Positions 48,658 through 57,181 of a stretch of DNA of 57,181 bases are shown here, in pieces (positions within the stretch are counted from its first letter, which is position 1; every line of letters begins with the position of its first letter). The notes under the pieces are model-generated. The model made no database searches, was not told where the DNA came from, and saw nothing but the letters and a program-made list of their open reading frames with translations. The translations under genes were made by a program, and so were the position numbers. Source of the stretch: Bacteroidales bacterium (GTDB lineage Bacteria > Bacteroidota > Bacteroidia > Bacteroidales > UBA10428); NCBI GenBank assembly GCA_016926375.1, contig JAFGOR010000101.1, forward strand, positions 1 through 57,181, written 5' to 3'.

Positions 48658-48692
48658 AATTGCGGCGCAGTTAAAACTACGCCGCAATTTTT
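48658..48692 (+). terminator. Intrinsic terminator after the VOR operon
   Basis: AATTGCGGCG.AGTT / AACT.CGCCGCAATT stem followed by a T-tract. Confidence 0.75.
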
Positions 48693-48707
48693 GCTCTGAA
48701 TGCTGCG

Positions 48708-48768
48708 CCTGCCTGCCGGCAGGCAGGGGCGTAAGCAATTGATCAAAGGCTTAAGTTGACGGCAATGG
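48708..48768 (+). mobile_element. Partial (right-half) copy of the 16388-16480 MITE
   Basis: CCTGCCTGCCGGCAGGCAGGGGCGTAAGCAATTGATCAAA is identical to 16420-16459, followed by the TIR. Confidence 0.75.
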
Positions 48769-48812
48769 CCAGGAGACTACGCCCATATTTTATTTCCCAT
48801 GGCCTGATTTTA

Positions 48813-49703
48813 TCAGGCAATGATTTCTGTGCGGATTGCACTGATGTGTTTATTGATTTCTGCTACCTTGCTCAGGAAATCGTTCATTGTTTTCTTGCCA
48901 TCGGGAGTAGTCGGATCAAAATCGCTTTTGATATTGACCACGAATGAATCAAACACGGGCTGCAATTGTTTCAACATGATCAAATTCTTATTGATATCCT
49001 GGTCACTATTGTAATCGCTCAGCATGCCTATCAAATTGGTCAGTGAAATCCGTTGCTCAGCCAGTCTTTCAATTACCTCAATATCTTTGGTAGATGATGC
49101 TACGTAAGTGGCAATGTAAATAGCTTCAACCCATCCGCCCATGATAATCTGTGCAGATGTTGCATACCGTTCATTTTCCCGCAGGTAATCGTCAGAGGCC
49201 ATGTAAACTTCATTTGCTATCTTGATCAGCGAATCTTTATTGTCGATATTCCTGTCAAAGCGCTCAGCAGTATTTTTAAAGTAATCAGCAGGTATTCCCA
49301 TCTCTTCTGCCATGCGTTGCATGGCATTAAAATACCTTCCGGCTGTTTCAAGCTGCTCACTGACCTTGGCATAACTCAGGTCCACTGCATAAACGCCCAA
49401 ATTCAGGGCTTTCTTGGAACTTGTAACGTAATTCGACATTCTGTCGGGTGAATTGAGCAAATCACCTTTATAAACAGCACCCGACGACTGGAACAACGAA
49501 GTCATTTCAACGGAAAGATACATGTTATAAAAAATCGGTAATCCCGTGCCCAGCGAATCTGTGTTATGCACCAGAGGAGCTATTTCACTCAGATCTATAC
49601 TGTCAATCCCTTCAGTACCGGCTGTTCTTCCTGACTGCCTGCAAGAAACAACACACAGCATCAGGGTAGCAAACAACACAATACCAAACCGATATGTTTT
49701 CAT
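48813..49703 (-). CDS. Hypothetical helical lipoprotein
   Basis: Lipobox VVSC; KALNLGVY.VDLSY and GGWVEA.YIA segments; function not recognised. Confidence 0.7.
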   Translation of the reverse strand: MKTYRFGIVLFATLMLCVVSCRQSGRTAGTEGIDSIDLSEIAPLVHNTDSLGTGLPIFYNMYLSVEMTSLFQSSGAVYKGDLLNSPDRMSNYVTSSKKALNLGVYAVDLSYAKVSEQLETAGRYFNAMQRMAEEMGIPADYFKNTAERFDRNIDNKDSLIKIANEVYMASDDYLRENERYATSAQIIMGGWVEAIYIATYVASSTKDIEVIERLAEQRISLTNLIGMLSDYNSDQDINKNLIMLKQLQPVFDSFVVNIKSDFDPTTPDGKKTMNDFLSKVAEINKHISAIRTEIIA

Positions 49704-49855
49704 AATAGCAGAGGTTAAATTTGAAAAGGTCAATTAATTAACAAAAATAAAGCTATTAATTATTTCCATTGGTTATTCTCTGCCATTCCTAATTTTGTCA
49801 TCTTTTTTTAACAATTGGTCAATTATGAGGTGACCGGCATAGCGGTTTTTGGTTT

Positions 49856-50839
49856 CTATAAGTATTTCCCGGTGGTTTTTTTCATGAACTGCAGCCGCTC
49901 GAATGCTGCGGTGTTTTCTTCATTTTTTGCTACCAGTCCTCTGAAAGCAGCCAGGTTTGAATAGCCTTTTTGCATCATCCATTTTTCCATTTCGTCAAGC
50001 AGTGTGCTGATGTATGGGATTCCGTTTTTATAAAGCGTGGAACAGATTTGGACGGCCGAAGCACCTGCCAGTAACTGCTTAATAACACCCTGATAATCAT
50101 GAATTCCGGTTGCGGCAACCAGTTCTTTCTGGATGTGTCCGTAAAGCAATGCAATCCAGCGAAGTGACAGGGTGATTTCATGTGGTGAACTGTATACATT
50201 CTGCGCCACCACCCTGAGGTTTTCAATATCAATATCAGGCCGGTAATAACGGTTGAACAACACCAGGCTGTTTACATCCATACTGCTCATCTTGTATAGC
50301 ATCCGGTAAAGGCTTGTGAAATAGAACCCAACCTTTACAGCTATCGGGATATTTACATTTTTTCGCACTTCATGGATGATATCCACATAGGATTCCTCAA
50401 TCTGATAACCTGTAAGATTGATATTGGTAGGCGGAATGAAGATGTTCAGTTCAATTCCGTCGGCTCCTGCCTTTTCTATCTCTTTCGAAAATTTCGGCCA
50501 TTCCCTGGGCGTTACACAGTTAATGCTCGCCATTACCGGTATGGATACGGCTTTTTTGGCCGATTCAATCAATTTCAGATAAGCAGCGGTTCCTTCTTCT
50601 TTTGAAAAGGAATTTACAAATTCCATTGCTTCAGGGTACCAGTAATACATTTCATCCTGACTGATCAGCTTGCTTTTTGGGGTGATCAGTTGTTCTTCAA
50701 ACAGCGATTTCAGCACAACTGCACCCGCTCCGTTGTCGGCACATTCCTTAACCTTATCGGCATTGCTTGTCAGGCCTGAACTGGATACGATGAGGGGGTT
50801 GGCAATTTTGATGCCCATGAATGTTGTTGACAAATCCAT
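49856..50839 (-). CDS. Dihydroorotate dehydrogenase-like flavoprotein
   Basis: NPLIVSS, GAGAVVLKSLFEEQ, ELN, LFNRYY and LLAGA..VQ motifs; lacks the canonical DHOD NxSCPN. Confidence 0.85.
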   Translation of the reverse strand: MDLSTTFMGIKIANPLIVSSSGLTSNADKVKECADNGAGAVVLKSLFEEQLITPKSKLISQDEMYYWYPEAMEFVNSFSKEEGTAAYLKLIESAKKAVSIPVMASINCVTPREWPKFSKEIEKAGADGIELNIFIPPTNINLTGYQIEESYVDIIHEVRKNVNIPIAVKVGFYFTSLYRMLYKMSSMDVNSLVLFNRYYRPDIDIENLRVVAQNVYSSPHEITLSLRWIALLYGHIQKELVAATGIHDYQGVIKQLLAGASAVQICSTLYKNGIPYISTLLDEMEKWMMQKGYSNLAAFRGLVAKNEENTAAFERLQFMKKTTGKYL

Positions 50840-50846
50840 ATCTGTT

Positions 50847-51314
50847 TTATTTTGAGTTTTCAATAAGATATTTCTTGAGATAATCAGTTGCCTGGTTCAG
50901 GTTCTTCTTTGCCTTTTCGCTCATCTCGCCCATGAATTCCCATTCATACCCTTTGATATGAATCAGGAAGGCTTCGGGTTCCCTGTTGAAAGCCTGCCTG
51001 CTCAGGTGCAATACAAATGCCGGTGAAACAGAATGCATGGTAAATTCCGATTTTGCCGATGCTTCCAGGGGTTCCATGATGAAAGTATCGATGTCCTCCC
51101 GGGAGGCATCTGCAAAAATGACCAAATCGTGTTTTGCAAGGGTATCAGCATCTTCAATATTGAGTTGGTAGTTGGAATCGGTATGAATGTTATGGAAACC
51201 TTTTTCAGCTGACCACCGCTCTATTTCCTCAGCCAGCATTACACCGAGTCCGTCATCCTGCCGTCCCGGATTTCCATACCCGTATATGAGTATTTTTTGT
51301 GTTTTTCCGGTCAA
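50847..51314 (-). CDS. hoxW: Hydrogenase maturation protease
   Basis: GYGNPGRQDDG.G, IFADA and H motifs; follows hoxH with 4-nt overlap. Confidence 0.85.
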   Translation of the reverse strand: MTGKTQKILIYGYGNPGRQDDGLGVMLAEEIERWSAEKGFHNIHTDSNYQLNIEDADTLAKHDLVIFADASREDIDTFIMEPLEASAKSEFTMHSVSPAFVLHLSRQAFNREPEAFLIHIKGYEWEFMGEMSEKAKKNLNQATDYLKKYLIENSK

Positions 51315-52765
51315 TGTTTGAATTTTCTGTCTATCAGGTTGTTATAGGCATCATAAACCTCAAATTCAAGCGGCATTTGACCCAGTGCATGCGTTGCACA
51401 ACTCAGACAGGGGTCGTAGGCCCTGATGGCTACTTCCACGGCGTTCATCATGCCTTCGGTGATTTCCTTCTGTCCGGTCATTACCTTTACCGCCACCTGG
51501 TTAACGGCTTCATTCATGGGCTGGTTGTTGTTGGTAGTGGAAACAATGAGGTTGGCCATGGTTATCATGTCATTTTCCCCGATTTTGTATTGGTGGAATA
51601 GCGTGCCTCTTGGTGCCTCAATAAGACCTACACCCTCAAGTTTTTTGGTGCCCCGGGTTACCAGTTCGCCTTCCATCAGGTCCGGATCATTCAGCAATTC
51701 TTTGATTTTTTCAGCTGAATGCAGAATTTCGATCAACCTGGCCCAGTGTGAATGCATGGTTTTGTTGCTGGGCTTACCGCCATTATACTTTCTGAATTGT
51801 TCAAATTCCTTTTGTGCCAACGGTGTATCTATAAATTCAACCGTATTCATCCTGGCCAGGGGGCCAACAGAATACCAGCCTGTTTTTTTACCGATTTCTT
51901 TCAGGTAAGGAAACTTCATGTAACTCCATGATTTAACTTCTTCGTCGATGTAACGGTCATATTCCTGGTAGTCCACATCATGGAGTATCTTTTTTCCTTC
52001 GGAATCCACAGCTCGCAGCACACCGTGATACAGATCAAGTGCACCGTCTTTACGCACCAGGCTGAGGTAACTCGACGGGAATTCGGCAAAGTGGTCAATT
52101 ATGGCCTTGTTATTCTTGTGGTAGTCTTTGAAGAACTCAAGAGCATCCTGTGACCAGCTGATCATTTTGTCAATATTCATATAATCATCGCCATGCAGCA
52201 GGTAATCCCGTTCTTCTTCTGTGAGGTGCTTGTTAATACCTCCCGGTATGGCACCGGTTCCGTGTATTTTCTTCCCTGCCGTGACTTTGATTACTTCCTG
52301 TCCGTATTTGCGCATCATCACCCCCTGAACGGCCAGGTCCTTGTTTGCCAGGGCCACGCCAATTATATTGCGCTTGATTGGATCTGAATCAACACCAAAT
52401 AGCAGGTCGGGTGATGCCAGGTGAAAGAAATGGAGTGAATGCGACTGGAACATTTGCCCGTAATGCATGAGCCGGCGCATTTTTTCACCGGTAGGCGTCA
52501 GTCCGTCACCGGTTCCCGCCCCCACAATTACATCAAGGGCTTTGGCTGCGGCCAGGTGGTGGCTGACAGGACAAATTCCGCAAAGGCGCTGAACCAGCAC
52601 AGGCATTTCCCAGTAAGGACGTCCCTGAACAAAGCGTTCAAATCCTCTGAATTCAACAATATGCAGGCGTGTCTGTTCTATTTTTCCTTCATTGTTGAGA
52701 TGTATGGTAACCTTTCCATGACCTTCCACACGGGTTACCGGTTCAATGGTGATCTTTTGTCCCAT
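51311..52765 (-). CDS. hoxH: NAD-reducing [NiFe] hydrogenase large subunit (group 3d-like)
   Basis: RVEGH, L1 RLCGIC, EAPRG and L2 DPCLSCATH motifs; 25-aa cleavable tail. Confidence 0.92.
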   Translation of the reverse strand: MGQKITIEPVTRVEGHGKVTIHLNNEGKIEQTRLHIVEFRGFERFVQGRPYWEMPVLVQRLCGICPVSHHLAAAKALDVIVGAGTGDGLTPTGEKMRRLMHYGQMFQSHSLHFFHLASPDLLFGVDSDPIKRNIIGVALANKDLAVQGVMMRKYGQEVIKVTAGKKIHGTGAIPGGINKHLTEEERDYLLHGDDYMNIDKMISWSQDALEFFKDYHKNNKAIIDHFAEFPSSYLSLVRKDGALDLYHGVLRAVDSEGKKILHDVDYQEYDRYIDEEVKSWSYMKFPYLKEIGKKTGWYSVGPLARMNTVEFIDTPLAQKEFEQFRKYNGGKPSNKTMHSHWARLIEILHSAEKIKELLNDPDLMEGELVTRGTKKLEGVGLIEAPRGTLFHQYKIGENDMITMANLIVSTTNNNQPMNEAVNQVAVKVMTGQKEITEGMMNAVEVAIRAYDPCLSCATHALGQMPLEFEVYDAYNNLIDRKFKH

Positions 52766-52776
52766 AGTATTGCGAT

Positions 52777-53325
52777 TTAATCGAATTTCAAAACTTCGTA
52801 AGGTAATTTCATCTCGTCCCCGGTAACCAGCGCCACCAGGGCCTCCCATATGAGATCGGCCCGGGGAGGGCATCCCGGCAAAAAATAGTCGATCTTGACG
52901 ATTTCGTGGCATGGATAAACCTTGTCGAGTAACATGGGTAATTCAGGGTCGTTGGGGATAATGCCTTCTTCATTGCCTACTACTGTTGGACCGTTTAAAT
53001 AGGCTTCTTCCAGGCATTCGCGAATGGGTATTCCGTTTCGCATGGCCGGCAATCCGCCCATAATGGCACATTCACCAACAGAAACCAGTATTTTGCAGTG
53101 CTCCCTGAAATCCCTGAGCACATGAACATTTTCGCTGTTGCAACATCCGCCTTCAATCAGTCCGATATCACATTTCTTGGTAAACTTTTTGATATCGTTA
53201 ATGGGTGATTTATTGAATTCAACCAGCTCAATCAGTTCCAGGATTCTTTCATCAATATCCAGAACTGACATGTGGCATCCGAAACATCCTGCCAACGATG
53301 TAGTGGCTACAATTGGTTTGCTCAT
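52777..53325 (-). CDS. hoxY: [NiFe] hydrogenase small subunit
   Basis: GCFGCH, EG, GECA..GG and PGCPP motifs; short single-cluster form. Confidence 0.9.
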   Translation of the reverse strand: MSKPIVATTSLAGCFGCHMSVLDIDERILELIELVEFNKSPINDIKKFTKKCDIGLIEGGCCNSENVHVLRDFREHCKILVSVGECAIMGGLPAMRNGIPIRECLEEAYLNGPTVVGNEEGIIPNDPELPMLLDKVYPCHEIVKIDYFLPGCPPRADLIWEALVALVTGDEMKLPYEVLKFD

Positions 53326-53338
53326 GGAATGGGATATT

Positions 53339-54052
53339 TTAGATTTTCGAAATTTGCATGCTTTCAATATCGCTGCCAATGGGTGATTTGTCATACCTCC
53401 TGGCGCCAATGGGAACATTAAATCCTTTTTCTTTCACCAGGATTGACCCAACAGGACATATGTCCATTGCTTTCTGGGCAAGTTCGTCTGTGAGTTGCTT
53501 TCCTAACTTGGGATCCACAACTACTTCCACGCCAATGCCCCGTTTCCGGTAGGCAAATATGCTTCTTCCGCTGTCATCAGTAATGGCCCGGATGCATCGT
53601 TTACAAAGGATGCACCGGTTATGATCCTTGATGATCTTTGGGTGGGAAGCATCAACGCTCCGGTAAGGGAACTGAAAGGGAAACCGGGGTACGAGCATTT
53701 TAAAACGGTAGGCCAGAGCCTGCAGTTCACAACTTCCGCTTTTTTCACATGCCGGACAAAAATGATTGCCTTCCACAAATAACAGCTCGATGATCGACTT
53801 TCTCAGGTCGTTTATTTCAGCCGATTCATTTTCCACGTTCATTCCTTCGGCTACAGGAGTGGTACAGGCAGTCATCAGCTTACCATTTACTTTAACAGTA
53901 CAAATGCGGCAGCTGCCTTTGGGTTTGACTCCCGGATAATTACACAGTGTGGGAATAAAGATGCCGTTTTCCCTGGCAGCATCAACCAGGTATTGACCCC
54001 GGGTGGCCATGCACTCGATGGTGTCAATGGTGAATTTTACAAACTGGCTCAT
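53339..54052 (-). CDS. hoxU: Diaphorase Fe-S subunit
   Basis: IPTLC..GSCRIC...AC, HFCPACEKSG.C and CILCKRC...CPVG motifs. Confidence 0.9.
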   Translation of the reverse strand: MSQFVKFTIDTIECMATRGQYLVDAARENGIFIPTLCNYPGVKPKGSCRICTVKVNGKLMTACTTPVAEGMNVENESAEINDLRKSIIELLFVEGNHFCPACEKSGSCELQALAYRFKMLVPRFPFQFPYRSVDASHPKIIKDHNRCILCKRCIRAITDDSGRSIFAYRKRGIGVEVVVDPKLGKQLTDELAQKAMDICPVGSILVKEKGFNVPIGARRYDKSPIGSDIESMQISKI

Positions 54053-54064
54053 GGTGAAAATTCT

Positions 54065-55867
54065 TTAAAAATTAGGTACTCTGCCGGTTGCTTCACACGA
54101 TTCCTTAACCGCCTGGCCAAGGTCGAATCCGCTATCGTATTCTTTGTTTTTCTGAATCTTCTTTTCGTACAGGTGTCTGAAGTTTTTGAGACTGGAAAGC
54201 ATGGGATTGGCTGCAGTTTGCCCGAGGCCGCACCGGCTGGCTTTCAGTATTTTGCCCCAGGCAACGATGTCGTCTATATCCTGTTTAACACCCCGGGCAT
54301 CCAAAATTTTCAGCAGCTTATTCCTCAATAGGGTGGGGAGTATCCGGCAGGTCGAACAGCTTCCGCAGGATTCGTCAATAAAAAATTCCATGAAATTCAG
54401 CACAATGTCAGATAAGATATCGCGGTTGTGCCCAATGATAATCAATGATCCCCCGGTGGCCAGATCTTCGTAACCGAGAATCCGGTTAAACTCATTCGGA
54501 CCAATGATGGCGCCTGATGGCCCTCCAACTTGTACGGCCTGAACATCTTCAGCGTGAGCTCCTACCATATCCAAAATATCATTCACCGAAAATCCCCATA
54601 CTACTTCATATACACCGGGAAACTTGCAATCGCCCGAAACGCTCAGCAGTTTGGTTCCTGTTGATTCGGTGGTGCCGAATGATTTATACCAGTCGCCCCC
54701 GTTGAGCACAACTTTAACTACTGCACAAAGGGTTTCTACGTTGTTAACAACTGTAGGCATGTCGAGATAGCCCTTCTCAACAGGGAACGGAGGCCTGTCG
54801 CGCGGCTCACCGCGTTTTCCTTCTGCCGATTCAATTAATGCCGATTCTTCACCGCAAACATAAGCTCCTGCACCAAACTGGATGCGGATATCAAAATTGA
54901 AACCTTTTTTACCCAGTATGTTTTTCCCAAGGTAATTGGCTTCCCTGGCTACCTTTAGTATGGATTCAAGATAAGCCTGCAGGTATTTGTATTCATGGCG
55001 TAAATAAAGTATGCCTTCGTCTGCACCCACTGCGTAACCGGCAATCACCATGCCTTCAAACAACAACCGGGCCCTTTCGGTAAGGATAACCCTGTCTTTA
55101 AAGGTTCCCGGTTCGCCTTCATCGGCATTGCAGAATATGTATTTTTTTGGACCGGCTGCGTTTCGGCAGAACTCCCATTTCATACCTGTAGGAAAACCAG
55201 CTCCGCCTCTTCCCCGCATATTGGATTTCTTGACTTCGTCAATTACCTGCTCCGGCGTCATTTTGGTAATCTTCTCAATGACCTGTCCGGGCTTGAAGTT
55301 GCGTTCGAGAATGGGACCGATTTTTCGTATGTTGTTGGCCACAACGGATTTAATCAGGTCTGAGCTGTTCTGACCATCTCCATAATCGGCTACAACCATA
55401 TCGTGTATGCTTTTGCCTTCGCGGATATCCCGCACTATTTCCTTAACCCGGAATGGTGTAAGCCGGGTGAAAATCTGGTTGTTGATAATAGCAGCAGGCT
55501 CCTGGTCGTTCATGCCAATGCAGGAGGTGTCAAACAAACCAACCAATCCGTCGGAGGTAACCTCGCCAAAACGGATCCCCAGCTCTTTCATGAAGGTATG
55601 GGCTACCTCTGCCCTTCCCATCATGTTGGCAACGGCACTGTTGTTCAAAAAGATATGGTACTTTCCGGTAGGCTTCTGCGAAAAGAAATGGTAAAACGAG
55701 ATGGTCTGGTCCACGTCGACCTCCGACATACCCAGATCTTCCGCTATCTGCACGGTAATCTCATGCGGAATATAGCCGTATTCCGTCTGAACATCAATCA
55801 GGATATCCATAAGCCTGGTTTTATCCTTGCCGTACTTTTCCACAATTTTTTGAACACCTGTTTTCAT
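54065..55867 (-). CDS. hoxF: Diaphorase FMN subunit with fused NuoE-like N-terminus
   Basis: RGRGGAGFP, NADEGEPG, GAGAYVCGEE and SCGSCSTCR...CGLG motifs; about 600 aa. Confidence 0.9.
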   Translation of the reverse strand: MKTGVQKIVEKYGKDKTRLMDILIDVQTEYGYIPHEITVQIAEDLGMSEVDVDQTISFYHFFSQKPTGKYHIFLNNSAVANMMGRAEVAHTFMKELGIRFGEVTSDGLVGLFDTSCIGMNDQEPAAIINNQIFTRLTPFRVKEIVRDIREGKSIHDMVVADYGDGQNSSDLIKSVVANNIRKIGPILERNFKPGQVIEKITKMTPEQVIDEVKKSNMRGRGGAGFPTGMKWEFCRNAAGPKKYIFCNADEGEPGTFKDRVILTERARLLFEGMVIAGYAVGADEGILYLRHEYKYLQAYLESILKVAREANYLGKNILGKKGFNFDIRIQFGAGAYVCGEESALIESAEGKRGEPRDRPPFPVEKGYLDMPTVVNNVETLCAVVKVVLNGGDWYKSFGTTESTGTKLLSVSGDCKFPGVYEVVWGFSVNDILDMVGAHAEDVQAVQVGGPSGAIIGPNEFNRILGYEDLATGGSLIIIGHNRDILSDIVLNFMEFFIDESCGSCSTCRILPTLLRNKLLKILDARGVKQDIDDIVAWGKILKASRCGLGQTAANPMLSSLKNFRHLYEKKIQKNKEYDSGFDLGQAVKESCEATGRVPNF

Positions 55868-56402
55868 CCGTATATGATATTTATTTGTAAGAGTCGGATG
55901 CCGGTCCTGCCCCTTGCAGGAAAACACCCTTTAATCTGTTTGTGCGCTCCGGTTGTTGGAGTTCCCCTTTTATATGGTTACCACAAACCCCTATTAGCCA
56001 GTGAATACAAAATCCCAGCAATTCAAGAAGCTACTAATAAAGGCTTTTTACAATTGTTAATTATTTCACAACTAAAATATAATAGAAAAATAAGATTAAC
56101 AAGGATATTTGACAATTTAGAATGAGTTTAAGTAAATAATGCAATGCATCATTAAATAATTGATGCTTGTATCATGAGGTTTTCTGAGGTTTGACGTGAA
56201 CTGAGTTGAGGAAGTAACCAGTTAATTGCGATGATCTTTGGGAACCTTTACAGCCCGATAGTAACAAAATTACCCGGTTTATTGTTATGAATATAACACA
56301 TTTTCTTGTGTTTACAGCTGTCTGGCAGTCCCCAATGAGGATCTTTTAATAACTTTAACAGGCAAGCCGATCAATTGTCAATGGCGGAAGCAAACCAACG
56401 AC

Positions 56403-56828
56403 TCAAAAGTCGGTTTCCCTGGCGCCATAGTCGTATTCCTGGTAAAAACTGGTTAGTGTCGTATAGATATCTTCAAACGACACGTAATGCTTTTCGCATC
56501 CCACTCTGGAGCAAAAGTGCACAGTTCCGCCTTTTTCCACACTGAAATCAATAATGGGAGCACCACACAAGTCGCAGACCTGTTTACCTATGAGTTCCTT
56601 TTTGCAATGCATGCACATCAGTTTGGCAATTTCCCCATTTACCAGTTCCACACTACTCTGCTTATCAAAGCATCCGTATGTGGAACAGAGATTCAAAATG
56701 CCCTGATTGCCATTCATATCAACCCTGACCTTGATACTGGGTTTTGCATTCAGAAACAACGTATGATCCATAAGTGATCTGTCACAGTGCGGACATTTTA
56801 CTTTCAGTGAAATCAGATTCTTGGCCAT
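56403..56828 (-). CDS. Cys-rich hypothetical protein (probable Zn or Fe-S binding)
   Basis: 10 Cys: CPHC, CSTYGC, CMHC, CDLC, CSRVGC. Confidence 0.75.
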   Translation of the reverse strand: MAKNLISLKVKCPHCDRSLMDHTLFLNAKPSIKVRVDMNGNQGILNLCSTYGCFDKQSSVELVNGEIAKLMCMHCKKELIGKQVCDLCGAPIIDFSVEKGGTVHFCSRVGCEKHYVSFEDIYTTLTSFYQEYDYGARETDF

Positions 56829-57067
56829 AAATCCTCCTTTCAGTTATTGTAAATAATGCATAAGTTACAACAATTACCTGTCAATATCAAGTAATTTCAA
56901 CCTGTTAGCGAATTAACAAACGGACTGTCACAGATATGCCATGAAAAACCTGAACAGCTTGCCTGCTTTACGAGATCCCCTGCTCGACGATACTGATCAA
57001 AATCATAGCATATATCAGGGCCATTATCTTATTTTGATATGGGAACCTGTAAATCTGACTGTAATTA

Positions 57068-57181
57068 GTGTCTGTCCATAAAGTCCCATTTGCCGCGTTA
57101 CGCTTGTCCGAAAATTGCTCATTTACGACTAGTAAACTCCGCATTTTCGGACTGCGCAAGCCTTGCAAATGGAACTCTCTG
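57068..57181. mobile_element. ERIC-like palindromic repeat/MITE, copy 2 (truncated by the window end)
   Basis: 104/110 identical to 39828-39937. Confidence 0.75.

Noticed and set aside
51311-55927. Long N-terminal extensions of HoxH, HoxY and HoxF in the ORF track; possible NiFeSe enzyme
   Set aside because: Downstream ATGs (52765, 53325, 55867) give normal, non-overlapping proteins, and the L2 motif DPCLSC has Cys rather than a TGA codon.
56957-56967. GCTTGCCTGCT as another CCTGCC element
   Set aside because: It is too short and has no second palindrome arm.

Overview
A 57-kb chromosomal segment from an anaerobic Bacteroidota (Bacteroidales-like). This assignment rests on the SusC/SusD genes, the ECF/FecR pair and repeated TAnnTTTG -7 promoter boxes. 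In order, it holds: a GbsR/MarR-regulated RND efflux operon with a PII-like partner; a deoxyhypusine-synthase homologue; a KamA radical-SAM + 2 Ddl-like ATP-grasp + GNAT cluster of unknown product; murB, a GT4, an ABC exporter and maeB; an ECF/FecR-SusC-SusD locus with a duplicated [SusD + FG-GAP/ASPIC-UnbV lipoprotein] module and no recognisable CAZyme; a structured non-coding region beside an ORF6N gene; an acyl-CoA ligase/ACT/paaK/aminotransferase/VOR amino-acid cluster; and a convergent hoxFUYHW NiFe hydrogenase operon with a DHOD-like flavoprotein. The intergenic DNA carries several small repeat families: CCTGCCTGCCGGCAGGCAGG palindromes nested in heptamer arrays, a REP-like hairpin, a TIR-bounded MITE and an ERIC-like element. 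I recognised no tRNA, rRNA, CRISPR array or transposase. All calls come from reading motifs by eye; no searches were run. Several starts were moved to a downstream ATG relative to the ORF track.
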